This document shows, piece by piece, positions 37,690 through 47,304 of a stretch of DNA of 64,000 nucleotides. The DNA is taken from the sequence record LC667451.1. One strand, written 5' to 3'. The notes beneath the pieces were generated by a model that was given only the letters and a program-made list of their open reading frames with translations, did no database searches and had not been told where the DNA came from. A program made the translations under genes and the position numbers. Positions within the stretch are counted from its first letter, which is position 1, and every line of letters begins with the position of its first letter.

Positions 37690-38541
37690 TTACCCGTAGA
37701 TCGGGAAGAGTTGATTGAACGCATTGGCCAGCCGCGTATGGTACGGCGGGTTGCTGTTCGCTTCGTTGCTGCCGTTGTACTGACGGGCGAAGTTCAACCA
37801 GTCCTTGTTCTGCAGCAGCTTCTGCATCTGACCACCCGAGGTGATCTTGATGAAGTTCACGAACGCTTCGAGTTGCTTGTCTTCCGAGACACGCATGTCA
37901 GTGACAAAGCTGTCGACGTCCTTGTAGCCCGCCCAGTCGTAGTGGAAACCCATGATCTGGAACAGACCCCAGGAACACGCACCCATGGCCGCTTTCGGAT
38001 TCAGGGCGAAGGCACGATTGAAGCGGCTGTACTCACCTGCACCGCCCGCATAACCACCCGGCGTCGCGTTGATGATGTCGCCATTGCCTTTGGCTACCCA
38101 GGTATTGATCTGGGCTTGCTGCACACCGAGAGCCAACAGCTGCTTCAGGAAGATGTGGCGTTCGAACAGGATGATGCAACGGCCATCCGGCAAGAAACCT
38201 GAACCCGACGTCTCCACCGTACACACTGTGCGAATCGTCGAGGTGAGGATACCGAGTTGCTGCGCCGCTGCGACATAGTCGTGCGATTGCAGATACTTGG
38301 CGACGATGAACGCATCCAGCAATCCTTGCGTAGCTGTGTCGTATTGGCCCGTCGACGGAATCCCGCTTTTCATCTGGAACTGCTGGAGGACCGCAATCGA
38401 CTTGGGACCGAAGTTACCATCGGGCACCAGAGACGGACTGGGATTGACTTTCTCATTCAGAGCCTTCTGGAGACCCTTCGTGTATTCTGCATCGAACTGT
38501 GGCGTGATCGCACTACCCAATGCTGCTGTTTGGCCAGCCAT
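37690..38541 (-). CDS. Modular endolysin: N-terminal peptidoglycan-binding domain + DUF3380 N-acetylmuramidase
   Basis: PGBD (LQKALN...DGNFGPKS..VLQQFQ..SGI..TG.YD..T). Muramidase motifs VETSGSGF, ILFERH, SWGLFQIMGFH, FARQYNG. Confidence 0.92.
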   Translation of the reverse strand: MAGQTAALGSAITPQFDAEYTKGLQKALNEKVNPSPSLVPDGNFGPKSIAVLQQFQMKSGIPSTGQYDTATQGLLDAFIVAKYLQSHDYVAAAQQLGILTSTIRTVCTVETSGSGFLPDGRCIILFERHIFLKQLLALGVQQAQINTWVAKGNGDIINATPGGYAGGAGEYSRFNRAFALNPKAAMGACSWGLFQIMGFHYDWAGYKDVDSFVTDMRVSEDKQLEAFVNFIKITSGGQMQKLLQNKDWLNFARQYNGSNEANSNPPYHTRLANAFNQLFPIYG

Positions 38542-38648
38542 AACTACTCCTTAACGTAATAGAGCCCCCGAGGCAGTGGAACCCGCTATAGGATTCCACT
38601 AGCCACGAGGACTCAGCACCCGTTAAGGTGAGACAGTAATGCTACGGC

Positions 38649-39986
38649 TTACTGCTTGCTGGCGAAGTGATCGACGATCGCCTTCTGGTGATGCGGTGCC
38701 AGACGTTCGATGAACGCGATCACGCTATGCACTGCGTGACGTTCGAATTCACCGATGTCAGCGATGATGCTTTGCACCAGGCCCAGTGCTTCTTCCGAGA
38801 CGGGCTCGGGTTCAGCCGGGGTTTCCGGTTCCACGTCACCACCCGACGGTTGTGCCGGATCTGCCGGTTGATCACCGCCAGTAGCATCGCCACCAGTCGA
38901 GGGATCTGCGACCACCGGCGTCGAAGGGTCCGCTACCACCGGGGTATCCGGGGTCGCGGTCGAAGCAGCGTCACCGCCGCTTGCTTCGCCGCCAGCTGCA
39001 TCAGCCGGAGTCCCGGCATCCGGTGCGCTGGGTGCAACCGGGTCCGTCGGTGCATCGACTTCACCTGCAGCTTGATCAGCCGTGGGGTCGGTCGTTTCAC
39101 CCGCTGCCGATTCGACGACCGGCTGTGCGTTGTCGACATTGCTCGAGTCCGTCGGAGTAACCGGGTCAGCCGGAACTTCCGGCGTCACAGCATCCACCGG
39201 TGCGTCGGCTGCAGGTTGTCCTGCGTCTGCCACTTCAGGAGCCGTATCGACCACCGGATCGGCCGAGGGTACAACCGTACCCGAATCGACAGGAGCGGTG
39301 TTGTCCACAGCCGGTGCAGCAGGTTGGTCACCCGTTTGATCTGCTGCGGGATCTGCCGGAGCCACGACGTCTGCGTCGGTGGGTTGATCGACGACGGGGT
39401 CTGCGACGACCGCGGGTGCTTGCGGATCGACAGTGACGTCACCCGTCGTGCCTTCAGCCGTTGCATCGCCAGCGTCGGTTCCCGAAACGGGTTGCGTTTC
39501 TTGTCCAGCATCGACTGCCGTGGTATCCGGCGTTGCCGATACGTCAGCGACCGGTTGCGTGTCCGTTCCAGCGGCCGCAGGATCTTCTTCCACGACCGGT
39601 GCGACAGTGCCGCTATCCGCATCTCCAGTAACTGCGGGAGCGTCGGCGGGCTGTACTGCGGGTTCTGCATCTTGCGTTGCATCGCCCGTTGCCGGAGCGA
39701 CGTCCGTCGTGCCATTGGCTTGTGCGTTGATTGCTGCCGCCGCTGCCGCCGCGCGCGCGGCTGCTTCGACGACGGTAATGCCGCCCGGTTGGATCAGGCC
39801 GTGGCTGTCGATGTCCTCGCCTTCTTGCAGCGTGTACTGCTGCACTGCGCCGGTTGCGTCGAGGTACTGCACGGTGATCGTGGTCGTTGCAGCAGGTTGG
39901 CTCGATGCTGCGGAAGCATCGGCCGGAGGGGTGTCTGCGCCCGCTTCCGCTTGCGGGTCTTGAGGTTGCGCTTGCACGTCCGACAT
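38649..39986 (-). CDS. Acidic Ala/Asp/Pro/Thr/Val low-complexity protein (445 aa)
   Basis: SD aggagaag. Phage-like codon usage on the minus strand, short ordered ends. Confidence 0.75.
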   Translation of the reverse strand: MSDVQAQPQDPQAEAGADTPPADASAASSQPAATTTITVQYLDATGAVQQYTLQEGEDIDSHGLIQPGGITVVEAAARAAAAAAAINAQANGTTDVAPATGDATQDAEPAVQPADAPAVTGDADSGTVAPVVEEDPAAAGTDTQPVADVSATPDTTAVDAGQETQPVSGTDAGDATAEGTTGDVTVDPQAPAVVADPVVDQPTDADVVAPADPAADQTGDQPAAPAVDNTAPVDSGTVVPSADPVVDTAPEVADAGQPAADAPVDAVTPEVPADPVTPTDSSNVDNAQPVVESAAGETTDPTADQAAGEVDAPTDPVAPSAPDAGTPADAAGGEASGGDAASTATPDTPVVADPSTPVVADPSTGGDATGGDQPADPAQPSGGDVEPETPAEPEPVSEEALGLVQSIIADIGEFERHAVHSVIAFIERLAPHHQKAIVDHFASKQ

Positions 39987-40087
39987 GCTAAACTTCTCCT
40001 GGTTTCAATAGTTGGAAGCACTCATGTGCTCCATAAAATTGGGGGTCCCCAAGTTTATTTTCCCTACTGAAACCAGGGGCCTACAAC

Positions 40088-40753
40088 TTACTTGTTGTAG
40101 AAGTTCAGCAGCTTCTGACGACCGGCTTCGGTGATACCGAATTCGAGCGTCTTGCCGAACTCGACCTGCTTGATCGCGGCGTTGCGACCCGCCGGATTGG
40201 CCGTGATCTTGATCAGATTCAGCAGACGCTGGAAGCCCTTGATGTCGTCCTTGGGCAGCGTAATGTGCTCCATGCCGCGGAACACCGCCGACTCATGGAA
40301 CACGCCGTCCTTGTGCTCGTGGAAGGTCGCGAGGATGGCCTTCCAGACGATGTAGAAGTCGTCGGTCAGCGTGTTGATCGCGCGAGTCAGCGCACGATAC
40401 AGTTGCACTTGCGCACGGACGATGTCGCGTTGTTCTTGCAGCTTCTTCGGTGCCATCTGGTCCATGTAGGCGGCGATCTGGTCGATCACCATGGTGCCCG
40501 AAGGCGTGGCTTCCAGACGAGCCTTCTGCAGGGCCGAGGTGAGTTCCGACACGGTCGGGGCGGCGGGCTTGACCGGCGTCGGTTCAGCGACGACCGGTGC
40601 TTCGGGCGCAGCAGCAGGCGTGACACCCGTGCTGGTCAGCGTACCCGAGGCGCCGATGTCGGCGGCACCCGGTGCCGGAGCCGTGGTCTTCACGATGCCG
40701 AGGATACCGTTGGCTTGTTGTTCGCTGTTCGGTTGTTGGTTTTCCGTGGTCAT
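40088..40753 (-). CDS. Conserved phage protein (gp81-like position)
   Basis: 221 aa, SD aggag. Confidence 0.6.
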   Translation of the reverse strand: MTTENQQPNSEQQANGILGIVKTTAPAPGAADIGASGTLTSTGVTPAAAPEAPVVAEPTPVKPAAPTVSELTSALQKARLEATPSGTMVIDQIAAYMDQMAPKKLQEQRDIVRAQVQLYRALTRAINTLTDDFYIVWKAILATFHEHKDGVFHESAVFRGMEHITLPKDDIKGFQRLLNLIKITANPAGRNAAIKQVEFGKTLEFGITEAGRQKLLNFYNK

Positions 40754-40850
40754 TGCTTGTTCTCCTGGGGAGGGGTTTGCTTCGGGACGATCTTCACCGC
40801 CACCGGTACTTTGCGGTTGACTACCGCTTGAAAAGGATTCGAGTTATTCA

Positions 40851-41180
40851 TCAGAGCTCACCAAATTTGGCCATGCCTCCGAAGTGCTCTGAGGCACAGA
40901 AGCCACAGACCCGACCCTTACCGCCGATCCAATTATCGCAATCAAAGGTAAGGTACCCGCACTGTGCGCAGGCGACACGATCTTCATTCGCTAGTAGATC
41001 TTCACTAACGATACCAGCAGCACCCGAGTTCGTCGTGCCAGCGAGCACAGATGCACTTGCGTTTCCCGCGGGTTCAGCCGCGTTGACAAGTCCTGGTGCA
41101 GAATGAACCAACCGGAGATGGGCAGCCTTCGCAGGTTCCACTTCGGGCAGTTCCAATTGCTCTTGGTTGGTTTCGGACAT
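40851..41180 (-). CDS. Small protein with a putative Zn finger
   Basis: 109 aa. CAQC...C...VCGFC. Confidence 0.5.
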   Translation of the reverse strand: MSETNQEQLELPEVEPAKAAHLRLVHSAPGLVNAAEPAGNASASVLAGTTNSGAAGIVSEDLLANEDRVACAQCGYLTFDCDNWIGGKGRVCGFCASEHFGGMAKFGEL

Positions 41181-41183
41181 GGT

Positions 41184-42557
41184 TTACTGAATGGCAGTGC
41201 GGTAGTCCATGTGAGCGAGCGCCAGCTGCGTGCCGTGCATCTTCTTCATGAACAACAGCATGAACTTGGACCCGTACTCCGAGACCGCGGACGAGAGGGC
41301 CGTCGGATTGAAGGCCAGACGCGGGCCCACACAGACAGCGCAATAGTCCGTCTTCTCCAGACGGCAGAACATCGGCGAGCGGATCATGACCTTCTGACCC
41401 AGATAGTTACCAAAGGATTCCTCGGTGAGCGTATCGTGGCCTTCGCCCGTGACCACGCTAAAGCCCATGTACTTGGACTTCTTGCTGTCATCGAGCACCA
41501 CCGGTACACCGAGGTTCGTGCCGCAGTCTGCTTGCGTGACCATCATGTTCGAGGACGCCCGCAGCAACCACTTCACGGCTTCACCGCCGAGCATCGTTTC
41601 CGCACCCCGATTGTACGAGCCCGCGCGCAGCGTGTCGTTCATGATCGGGAACTTCTCGATGTCCCAGCCTTCGGACAGGGAGTTCTGGATCAGGTCCACA
41701 TCAATGCCATCCCCCAGACCCGCTTCAGCGCCAGTCATCAGGAAGAGCTTACGACGCACGACCTTACGACCCTTCGCGTCGATGAGGAAGCCTTCGCCTT
41801 CATCCCCTTTCAGATACTCAGAATCATACTTGATCAGTTCGGCGTCAATTTTAGCAATGACGGCCGGATCATGCAGACGATCCTTGTACTTCTCGAGCAA
41901 CGCGGCTTTCAATTCCGCGATCCCTGGCGGTGCCGTCATGACCTTGCGTGTGGCAGCCGGAACCCAGAGTTGCGTGAAGCCTGCCAGGTAGAAAGCCGCA
42001 TCGGCCATCACCAGGTATTCCTTCACGTAGATCGGCGCTTCTTCCGGATTGCTGATCTCCGTGACCGGGGCTTGAGCGTGCCAGGTCTGAAGCGGTGCGC
42101 CAACGTGATCGCTCGGACTGGGGTCATCCTGCAAGCGCGGGATGATCATCTTCTCGATGTCGTCCGGCGAGACCCGACCCGACTGATAGCGGATCTTGGC
42201 GTCGAACGGATAGGCGAACATCACCCAGTTGAAGAAGTACTGACCGTAGGACGTGATCAGGTCTTGTTGCTCGTGATCGCCGTAGTTCGGAATGTCGCCC
42301 GGATGGAGCAGGAACTTGTCCTTGTGATTAAACGGCTCAATACCTGGTTCGCAGTCTTCCAGCAGGATCAACTCACTGGTCTTCTCCGGATTGACGAAAA
42401 AGTAACCGCTCGGGGTCTGGACGATCCGATACGGGTAGGGGTCCTTCTTCCAGTCATCCGGACCTTCATGGATCTTGGAGAATGCTGAGATCACCCAGGC
42501 CCGGCGGCGAAACTCATGTGCCTTGCACGCGGCAAGGAAAAAGTCGTGTTTCTTCAT
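41184..42557 (-). CDS. Virion RNA polymerase beta'-like C-terminal subunit (phiKZ gp80-like)
   Basis: Bridge-helix-like LRAGSYNRGAETMLGGEAVK, Zn site IRSPMFC...YCAVCVG, terminal FMKKMHG. Confidence 0.88.
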   Translation of the reverse strand: MKKHDFFLAACKAHEFRRRAWVISAFSKIHEGPDDWKKDPYPYRIVQTPSGYFFVNPEKTSELILLEDCEPGIEPFNHKDKFLLHPGDIPNYGDHEQQDLITSYGQYFFNWVMFAYPFDAKIRYQSGRVSPDDIEKMIIPRLQDDPSPSDHVGAPLQTWHAQAPVTEISNPEEAPIYVKEYLVMADAAFYLAGFTQLWVPAATRKVMTAPPGIAELKAALLEKYKDRLHDPAVIAKIDAELIKYDSEYLKGDEGEGFLIDAKGRKVVRRKLFLMTGAEAGLGDGIDVDLIQNSLSEGWDIEKFPIMNDTLRAGSYNRGAETMLGGEAVKWLLRASSNMMVTQADCGTNLGVPVVLDDSKKSKYMGFSVVTGEGHDTLTEESFGNYLGQKVMIRSPMFCRLEKTDYCAVCVGPRLAFNPTALSSAVSEYGSKFMLLFMKKMHGTQLALAHMDYRTAIQ

Positions 42558-42560
42558 GGC

Positions 42561-43418
42561 TTAACCCAGCGTGGACTCGTAAGCAGCGAACCGCACGAGG
42601 TTGTCGTTGAGAGCGATGTCGATCTTGGTGATCACATCCACATCGGAGACGAGATCCTCCAGATGCTGCTTGATGATCTGCGTCGGTTGACCAAAGCCGT
42701 CGCCCGAATAGAACGCCATGCCCAAGAGGTTCTGTGCCGCGAGCACTGGGTCCATGCCTTCGAACTCACGACCAATCAGATTGGTGTAGAGCACAAATGG
42801 ATAGCCTGCGTCAATGCCCTTGTGAACAAGACCAGCAATAGCCAGTTCGGGATCGAGCAGGAAGTGCATGAAGCGGTTGAACTTGGCGATGCGCTCCTCG
42901 CGGAACTCGCGCTCTTGATCGTCTTCTTCCGTGGTACCGAACTCCATCGATTCCGCGCGCTCTTTGATCTTGTCGATCAGGGCTTGCGAAACATATTCGA
43001 GGTCGACCAGGTAGTGTTCGGCTTCGTTAGTGCCGACCAGTGCTACGAGCTCGCTGAAGAGTTCTTCAGGGCTGTGCTCTTGGCCGACAATCCGCAGAAT
43101 ATCAGGGACGTGATCCGAAGCGTTTTGCAGATCCACCAACGCATCGATGAATTCTGTGCGTACGGCGATGGAAGCATCTTCCATTACGCGGATTGCGTGC
43201 TGCTGCAAGATGTTGTCAGCGAGTGAACGCGTGAGATCCATGATGCCACCCAACGTGTCCCCTTCATCGGACTCGTCGTTGATCATCAGCAGCTGTTCAA
43301 AGCCGGGGGTGTAATCCGGCAACCCGATGCGATCGAAAGCGTCGTGCGCCTTCTCGATGAGGTCGACATTCTCCGGTGTCGTCGCCTCCACCAGATAGTC
43401 GCGAAGAATATCGAGCAT
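42561..43418 (-). CDS. Conserved phage protein, gp79-like
   Basis: Likely start ATG 43418 (MLDILRDY). The track's upstream extension runs into the AT-rich divergent intergenic region. Confidence 0.6.
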   Translation of the reverse strand: MLDILRDYLVEATTPENVDLIEKAHDAFDRIGLPDYTPGFEQLLMINDESDEGDTLGGIMDLTRSLADNILQQHAIRVMEDASIAVRTEFIDALVDLQNASDHVPDILRIVGQEHSPEELFSELVALVGTNEAEHYLVDLEYVSQALIDKIKERAESMEFGTTEEDDQEREFREERIAKFNRFMHFLLDPELAIAGLVHKGIDAGYPFVLYTNLIGREFEGMDPVLAAQNLLGMAFYSGDGFGQPTQIIKQHLEDLVSDVDVITKIDIALNDNLVRFAAYESTLG

Positions 43419-43623
43419 GAATGAGTCCCAGTATAAAACACGTAAGAAATTACTTGCGGAAGCAATGCTGTAGCCAACATGCACGCATTTTTTACGTGCT
43501 CGTGCATCGGAAGCTACAGTCCTCAATGGGTTTCGAGCCACGTTGGGATCGTTCAATTGAGGATAGTCAGATGATTGAGCTATCCGATAGCACCTTTCTA
43601 ATTAGAGTAATTTGGGGTTAAGC

Positions 43624-44196
43624 ATGACTCAGAAAAGCGCCGGGCGCCAGATGCGCGACAAGATCAAGAACGACTTCAAGGACGAATTCGCCAAGAATAC
43701 GAACTGGAGCGACCTGCAAGCCCGCCATCAAGAATGCGCCGGACTCATTGCGATGCACCTGGGTGTGGCCCGTGTGCTCGAGCAGCCCGAGATCCTCGCC
43801 GAGATCCAACCGGCTGAGCAGACACTGCTGGTGCAGAACATCAATCTGCTCACCAAGGACTTGAAAGAGCGCATCGAGGAGCTCAACAAGATCTATTCGA
43901 CGCACAGCGACAAGACCGGCGCGGCGACCGAAGAAAACATCATGCTCTCGTTCGAGATCATGGAAAAGTACACGATGTGGCTCACCCTCGTGCAGTCCAA
44001 CGTGCAACCGACGGTCGCGCACATTCTCGAAATCACCAGCGTGATCGAGAAGCGCGTGCTGCTCAAGCAAGCCGAGCAAGACCCGGCTGCCACGACCGAT
44101 GTCGAGTTCAAGGAACAGACGCGTTCGCAGGCTACGGGCGTCGCCATCGATTCGGTCATCGCTACGGCAGACCACACGAATCCGCAACCGGAGTAA
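43624..44196 (+). CDS. Conserved helical phage protein, gp78-like
   Basis: ATG 43624, operon with the next genes. Confidence 0.6.
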   Translation: MTQKSAGRQMRDKIKNDFKDEFAKNTNWSDLQARHQECAGLIAMHLGVARVLEQPEILAEIQPAEQTLLVQNINLLTKDLKERIEELNKIYSTHSDKTGAATEENIMLSFEIMEKYTMWLTLVQSNVQPTVAHILEITSVIEKRVLLKQAEQDPAATTDVEFKEQTRSQATGVAIDSVIATADHTNPQPE

Positions 44197-44202
44197 GGGA
44201 AG

Positions 44203-45864
44203 ATGGAAGGTCAAGAGAACAACAACGTACATAACCCGGCAGCCACCACGGCCGCCAGTGTGCCGCCGGAACTGCGCGCGCCGTCGACGGCAGTCGAGCC
44301 TGCTGTGGAGCCGAGTTCGAATCTGCAACCGGCACCTCCTGCGCCGGAGGCAGGACTGACGCACACGCTGCCGAGCTCGGACCTGCTGGAAGATCCGGTG
44401 CACGAGGACGGTTATCCGACCCATGAGTCGGAAATCCAACCTGCGCAGGAACTGCCCGAAGACGAACTGGTGCGTCGTAAACCGCTGCCGGATTCGACCA
44501 CGGTGTTCCAGGAATCGCCGGTGTTCATTCCGCTCACGGGGGAATGGAATCCGGACGGCATCACGCTGGCGGTACCGGGTGCCTCGGAACAGGAAATGAC
44601 GGCTGCCATCGCTGCCATGCCCAATACCGACATCGGTGCGACCAAGCAAGGACGTGAATGGATCACGGTCGCGCAAGAAGGCTACCGCATGGCCACGCCT
44701 CGCCAGATGCTCTCGGAAACGGGCGATCGGGAAGGCTCGAAGTGGGAGCAGACGGTCAAGTCCGAACGGGGTCCGCTGGGTGCGTCGCGCCCGCCGCGCA
44801 ATCAAGACCCGAGCGTCAAGCTGCGCGGTGAAGATGCCGTGTTGGCGGTGCGTCAGGCGATTGGTCTCGGCGGTGTGATCCGGATTCCCCTGTGGCATTC
44901 GGGCTTTCACATCACGCTGAAGACGCCGAGCGATTCGGCTATCCTCGAACTGGAACGGCGTCTGACGGAAGAGAAGGTGCTGCTCGGCCGTATGACCAAC
45001 GGCATGCTGTTCTCGAATACGTCGGTGTTCATTGCGAACTACCTGGTGGAGTTTGCGCTTCAGCACATGTTCGCCACCACGCTCAAGGACAAGACCGACA
45101 TCGCGTCCAAGATCGTCTCGCACGACATCCAGCATCTGGCTTGGGGTCTGGCTGTTGCGATCTGGCCGACGGGCTTCCAGTACGTGCGCTCGGTGCTGGG
45201 TGAAACGGACGCCCAGAACAAGGTGCTGCGCGACAAGATCGCCATCGCCAAGCTGCAGTGGACCGACACCACGCAACTGTCCAAGTGGCAGATCAACCAC
45301 ATGGCCAGCGTGATGCCCAACACGATGACGGACGACTCGATCAAGAAGTACCGCGAGGAGTTCCTGAATCAGACGCCGCGTACGGTGCAACTGAGCGATA
45401 GCCTGTCGGTGACGCTGAAGGTGCCGACGCTGGCCGAGCACATCACCAACGGCCAGAAGTGGGTGAACGGCATCGTCGTCATGACCGATCGCGTGTTCGG
45501 CATGGAACAGGATCTGGACGATCGCAACAAGTACATCTTCGAGCAGGGGATGGCGACTTACATGCGTCAGTACGGCCACTGGATCGAATCGATTCAGGTG
45601 AACGGGCTGGAGATCGACGATCCGGAAACGATCGACGACACCATCTCGATGCTTTCGGCTGACGATGCGATTCGCGAGAAGTTCATCGACTTCACGGTCA
45701 AGTACATCGAAGACACCACGGTCTCCATGATCGCTGTGCCGACGGTGGCCGCGAGCGAAGAACAGAAGTATCCGCGTTGGCCGCACCTCTTGCCGATCGA
45801 CGCGATGGCGACGTTTTTTACCCTGCTCGGCCAGAAAGTCTCGCAGATTCGGGACCGCACGTAG
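44203..45864 (+). CDS. Conserved phage protein, gp77-like (possible baseplate-hub assembly chaperone)
   Basis: 553 aa. IPLWHSGF motif, synteny. Function is inferred. Confidence 0.6.
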   Translation: MEGQENNNVHNPAATTAASVPPELRAPSTAVEPAVEPSSNLQPAPPAPEAGLTHTLPSSDLLEDPVHEDGYPTHESEIQPAQELPEDELVRRKPLPDSTTVFQESPVFIPLTGEWNPDGITLAVPGASEQEMTAAIAAMPNTDIGATKQGREWITVAQEGYRMATPRQMLSETGDREGSKWEQTVKSERGPLGASRPPRNQDPSVKLRGEDAVLAVRQAIGLGGVIRIPLWHSGFHITLKTPSDSAILELERRLTEEKVLLGRMTNGMLFSNTSVFIANYLVEFALQHMFATTLKDKTDIASKIVSHDIQHLAWGLAVAIWPTGFQYVRSVLGETDAQNKVLRDKIAIAKLQWTDTTQLSKWQINHMASVMPNTMTDDSIKKYREEFLNQTPRTVQLSDSLSVTLKVPTLAEHITNGQKWVNGIVVMTDRVFGMEQDLDDRNKYIFEQGMATYMRQYGHWIESIQVNGLEIDDPETIDDTISMLSADDAIREKFIDFTVKYIEDTTVSMIAVPTVAASEEQKYPRWPHLLPIDAMATFFTLLGQKVSQIRDRT

Positions 45865-45938
45865 CCCAGCCGCGCCACCTCGGTCACCCCTTCTTTGGCA
45901 AGAACGACAAAGGCGAAGACCTCGTCGATGTCGTAGCC

Positions 45939-46346
45939 GTGCTTTCGAAACTCATCGAGAGCACGCCCAAGATTGTGGCGACCGATGTGCGGCTGTTGTT
46001 ACTGCATCGATACGAGACAGACTTTGGGATCTTCAATCATGATCTCGCCGATGATGAACTTGATCCCTTAGCCCTTATCCGCATGCATCCCAGGGAGGAT
46101 GCCTATACGGGTAGTTTTCTGGCTGAGCGGCTTCGTCAATACAACACACGCCATGTGTACGAAGTCACGAAGATGCCGTTCGATAGGTTTTTAGAACTGC
46201 CTCGCCACATGGTGATGGACATCCTCGAGTATGCGGACCAGGAATTGCGCACGCGTACGAAGATCATGCAGGATGAAGCGAATGACGCGGACGCACGGGT
46301 GCGGGCCATGAATCAGCAAAACCACCCCATGCGACCGCCTGTGTAA
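45939..46346 (+). CDS. Conserved phage protein, gp76-like (start uncertain)
   Basis: Frame is open from 45777. The first plausible start after the upstream stop is GTG 45939, without an obvious SD. Confidence 0.55.
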   Translation: MLSKLIESTPKIVATDVRLLLLHRYETDFGIFNHDLADDELDPLALIRMHPREDAYTGSFLAERLRQYNTRHVYEVTKMPFDRFLELPRHMVMDILEYADQELRTRTKIMQDEANDADARVRAMNQQNHPMRPPV

Positions 46347-46359
46347 TAGGGAGTCGTCA

Positions 46360-46812
46360 ATGATCATTTTCGATGAGCCCCGTAACTTGCTGGTGCAGGA
46401 AGCGCAAACCTTGGTGAATCCGGTCAATACCGAAGGCGTCATGGGTGCAGGCCTGGCTCTAGCATTTCGGGATTCGTACAAGGGTTTGTTTGAGGAATAT
46501 CGCGAAGCATGTCTGACCGACGTGTTCAGCAAGCGTGGCTTCTTCGTCTTTGACGTTGACGACACCCGTAAGATCCTTTGTCTGCCGACAAAACGTAGCT
46601 GGCGTCATCCCTCTCGGCTGGAGTGGATTGAGGAAGGCCTCTGGTATCTGGCAAACGAATACGAGTCTTATGGAATCACGTCGTTAGCGATTCCAGAGAT
46701 AGGGTGTGGACGCGGTCAGCTTTCTTGGGCTGAAGTGCGACCGCTCGTCTATCAGTATCTGGACCCGATCGTGTTGCCTGTGGGGATCTGCCTGAATCCT
46801 TTCGGACACTAA
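46360..46812 (+). CDS. Macrodomain ADP-ribosylhydrolase, DarG/Poa1p-like
   Basis: LVNPVNTEGVMGAGLALAFR, CLPTKRSWR.PSRLEWIEEGL, SLAIPEIGCGRGQLSW. All motifs follow the DarG macrodomain. Confidence 0.9.
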   Translation: MIIFDEPRNLLVQEAQTLVNPVNTEGVMGAGLALAFRDSYKGLFEEYREACLTDVFSKRGFFVFDVDDTRKILCLPTKRSWRHPSRLEWIEEGLWYLANEYESYGITSLAIPEIGCGRGQLSWAEVRPLVYQYLDPIVLPVGICLNPFGH

Positions 46813-46828
46813 CCGCACGAGACCAACG

Positions 46829-47281
46829 ATGATCGTCTACGAAGAACCATGCGCCATACTGCGTGCAGGAGAACAGACGCTTCTCACGCCCATCAACATT
46901 GACGCTGCAGGCGGCGGGGGCTTGCCCACAGCGTTTCGATATGCGTACCCTGACCTGTTTCCGGCGTATAGTCGGGCAGTACAGAAGCACGTGTTCGAGA
47001 ATGATGGTCTCTTTGTTTTTGATGCTACGCTTGAGCGAAAGATCTTGTGTGTGCCCACACGGCAGCACCGGAGCATTCCGATTCAGGAGCGGCTTGATTA
47101 CCTGGAGGAAAGTCTGATGGTGGTGGCAACCACGTACCAGAAGTACGGTATCACTTCGTTGGCGATCGATGAATTCGGCAGCTCAGAGCTCGCCTGGGAA
47201 GATGTGGAGCCACTCATTTACCGCTGCCTGGGACCCATCGACCTGAAGGTCGGTATCTACAGACAACCGGTTCACGCTTAA
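46829..47281 (+). CDS. Degenerate macrodomain paralog
   Basis: Colinear with the previous gene (KILC.PT, YGITSLAI, W..V.PL.Y) but catalytic-loop residues are altered. Confidence 0.8.
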   Translation: MIVYEEPCAILRAGEQTLLTPINIDAAGGGGLPTAFRYAYPDLFPAYSRAVQKHVFENDGLFVFDATLERKILCVPTRQHRSIPIQERLDYLEESLMVVATTYQKYGITSLAIDEFGSSELAWEDVEPLIYRCLGPIDLKVGIYRQPVHA

Positions 47282-47304
47282 CCGTTCGCGCCGGGAGACC
47301 AACC

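Noticed and set aside
39780-39890. Ubiquitin-like start in the acidic protein (ITVQYLDATG...YTL)
   Set aside because: Too short, with no di-Gly C-terminus, so it cannot be supported as a Ubl.
38667-40070. 467-aa plus-strand Arg/Cys-rich ORF
   Set aside because: Antisense shadow of the low-complexity acidic gene.
43618-45786. 722-aa minus-strand ORF
   Set aside because: Antisense shadow of the gp78/gp77-like genes. The same applies to 14021..15400, 41103..42488, 53668..55131, 55738..57060 and 58829..60178.
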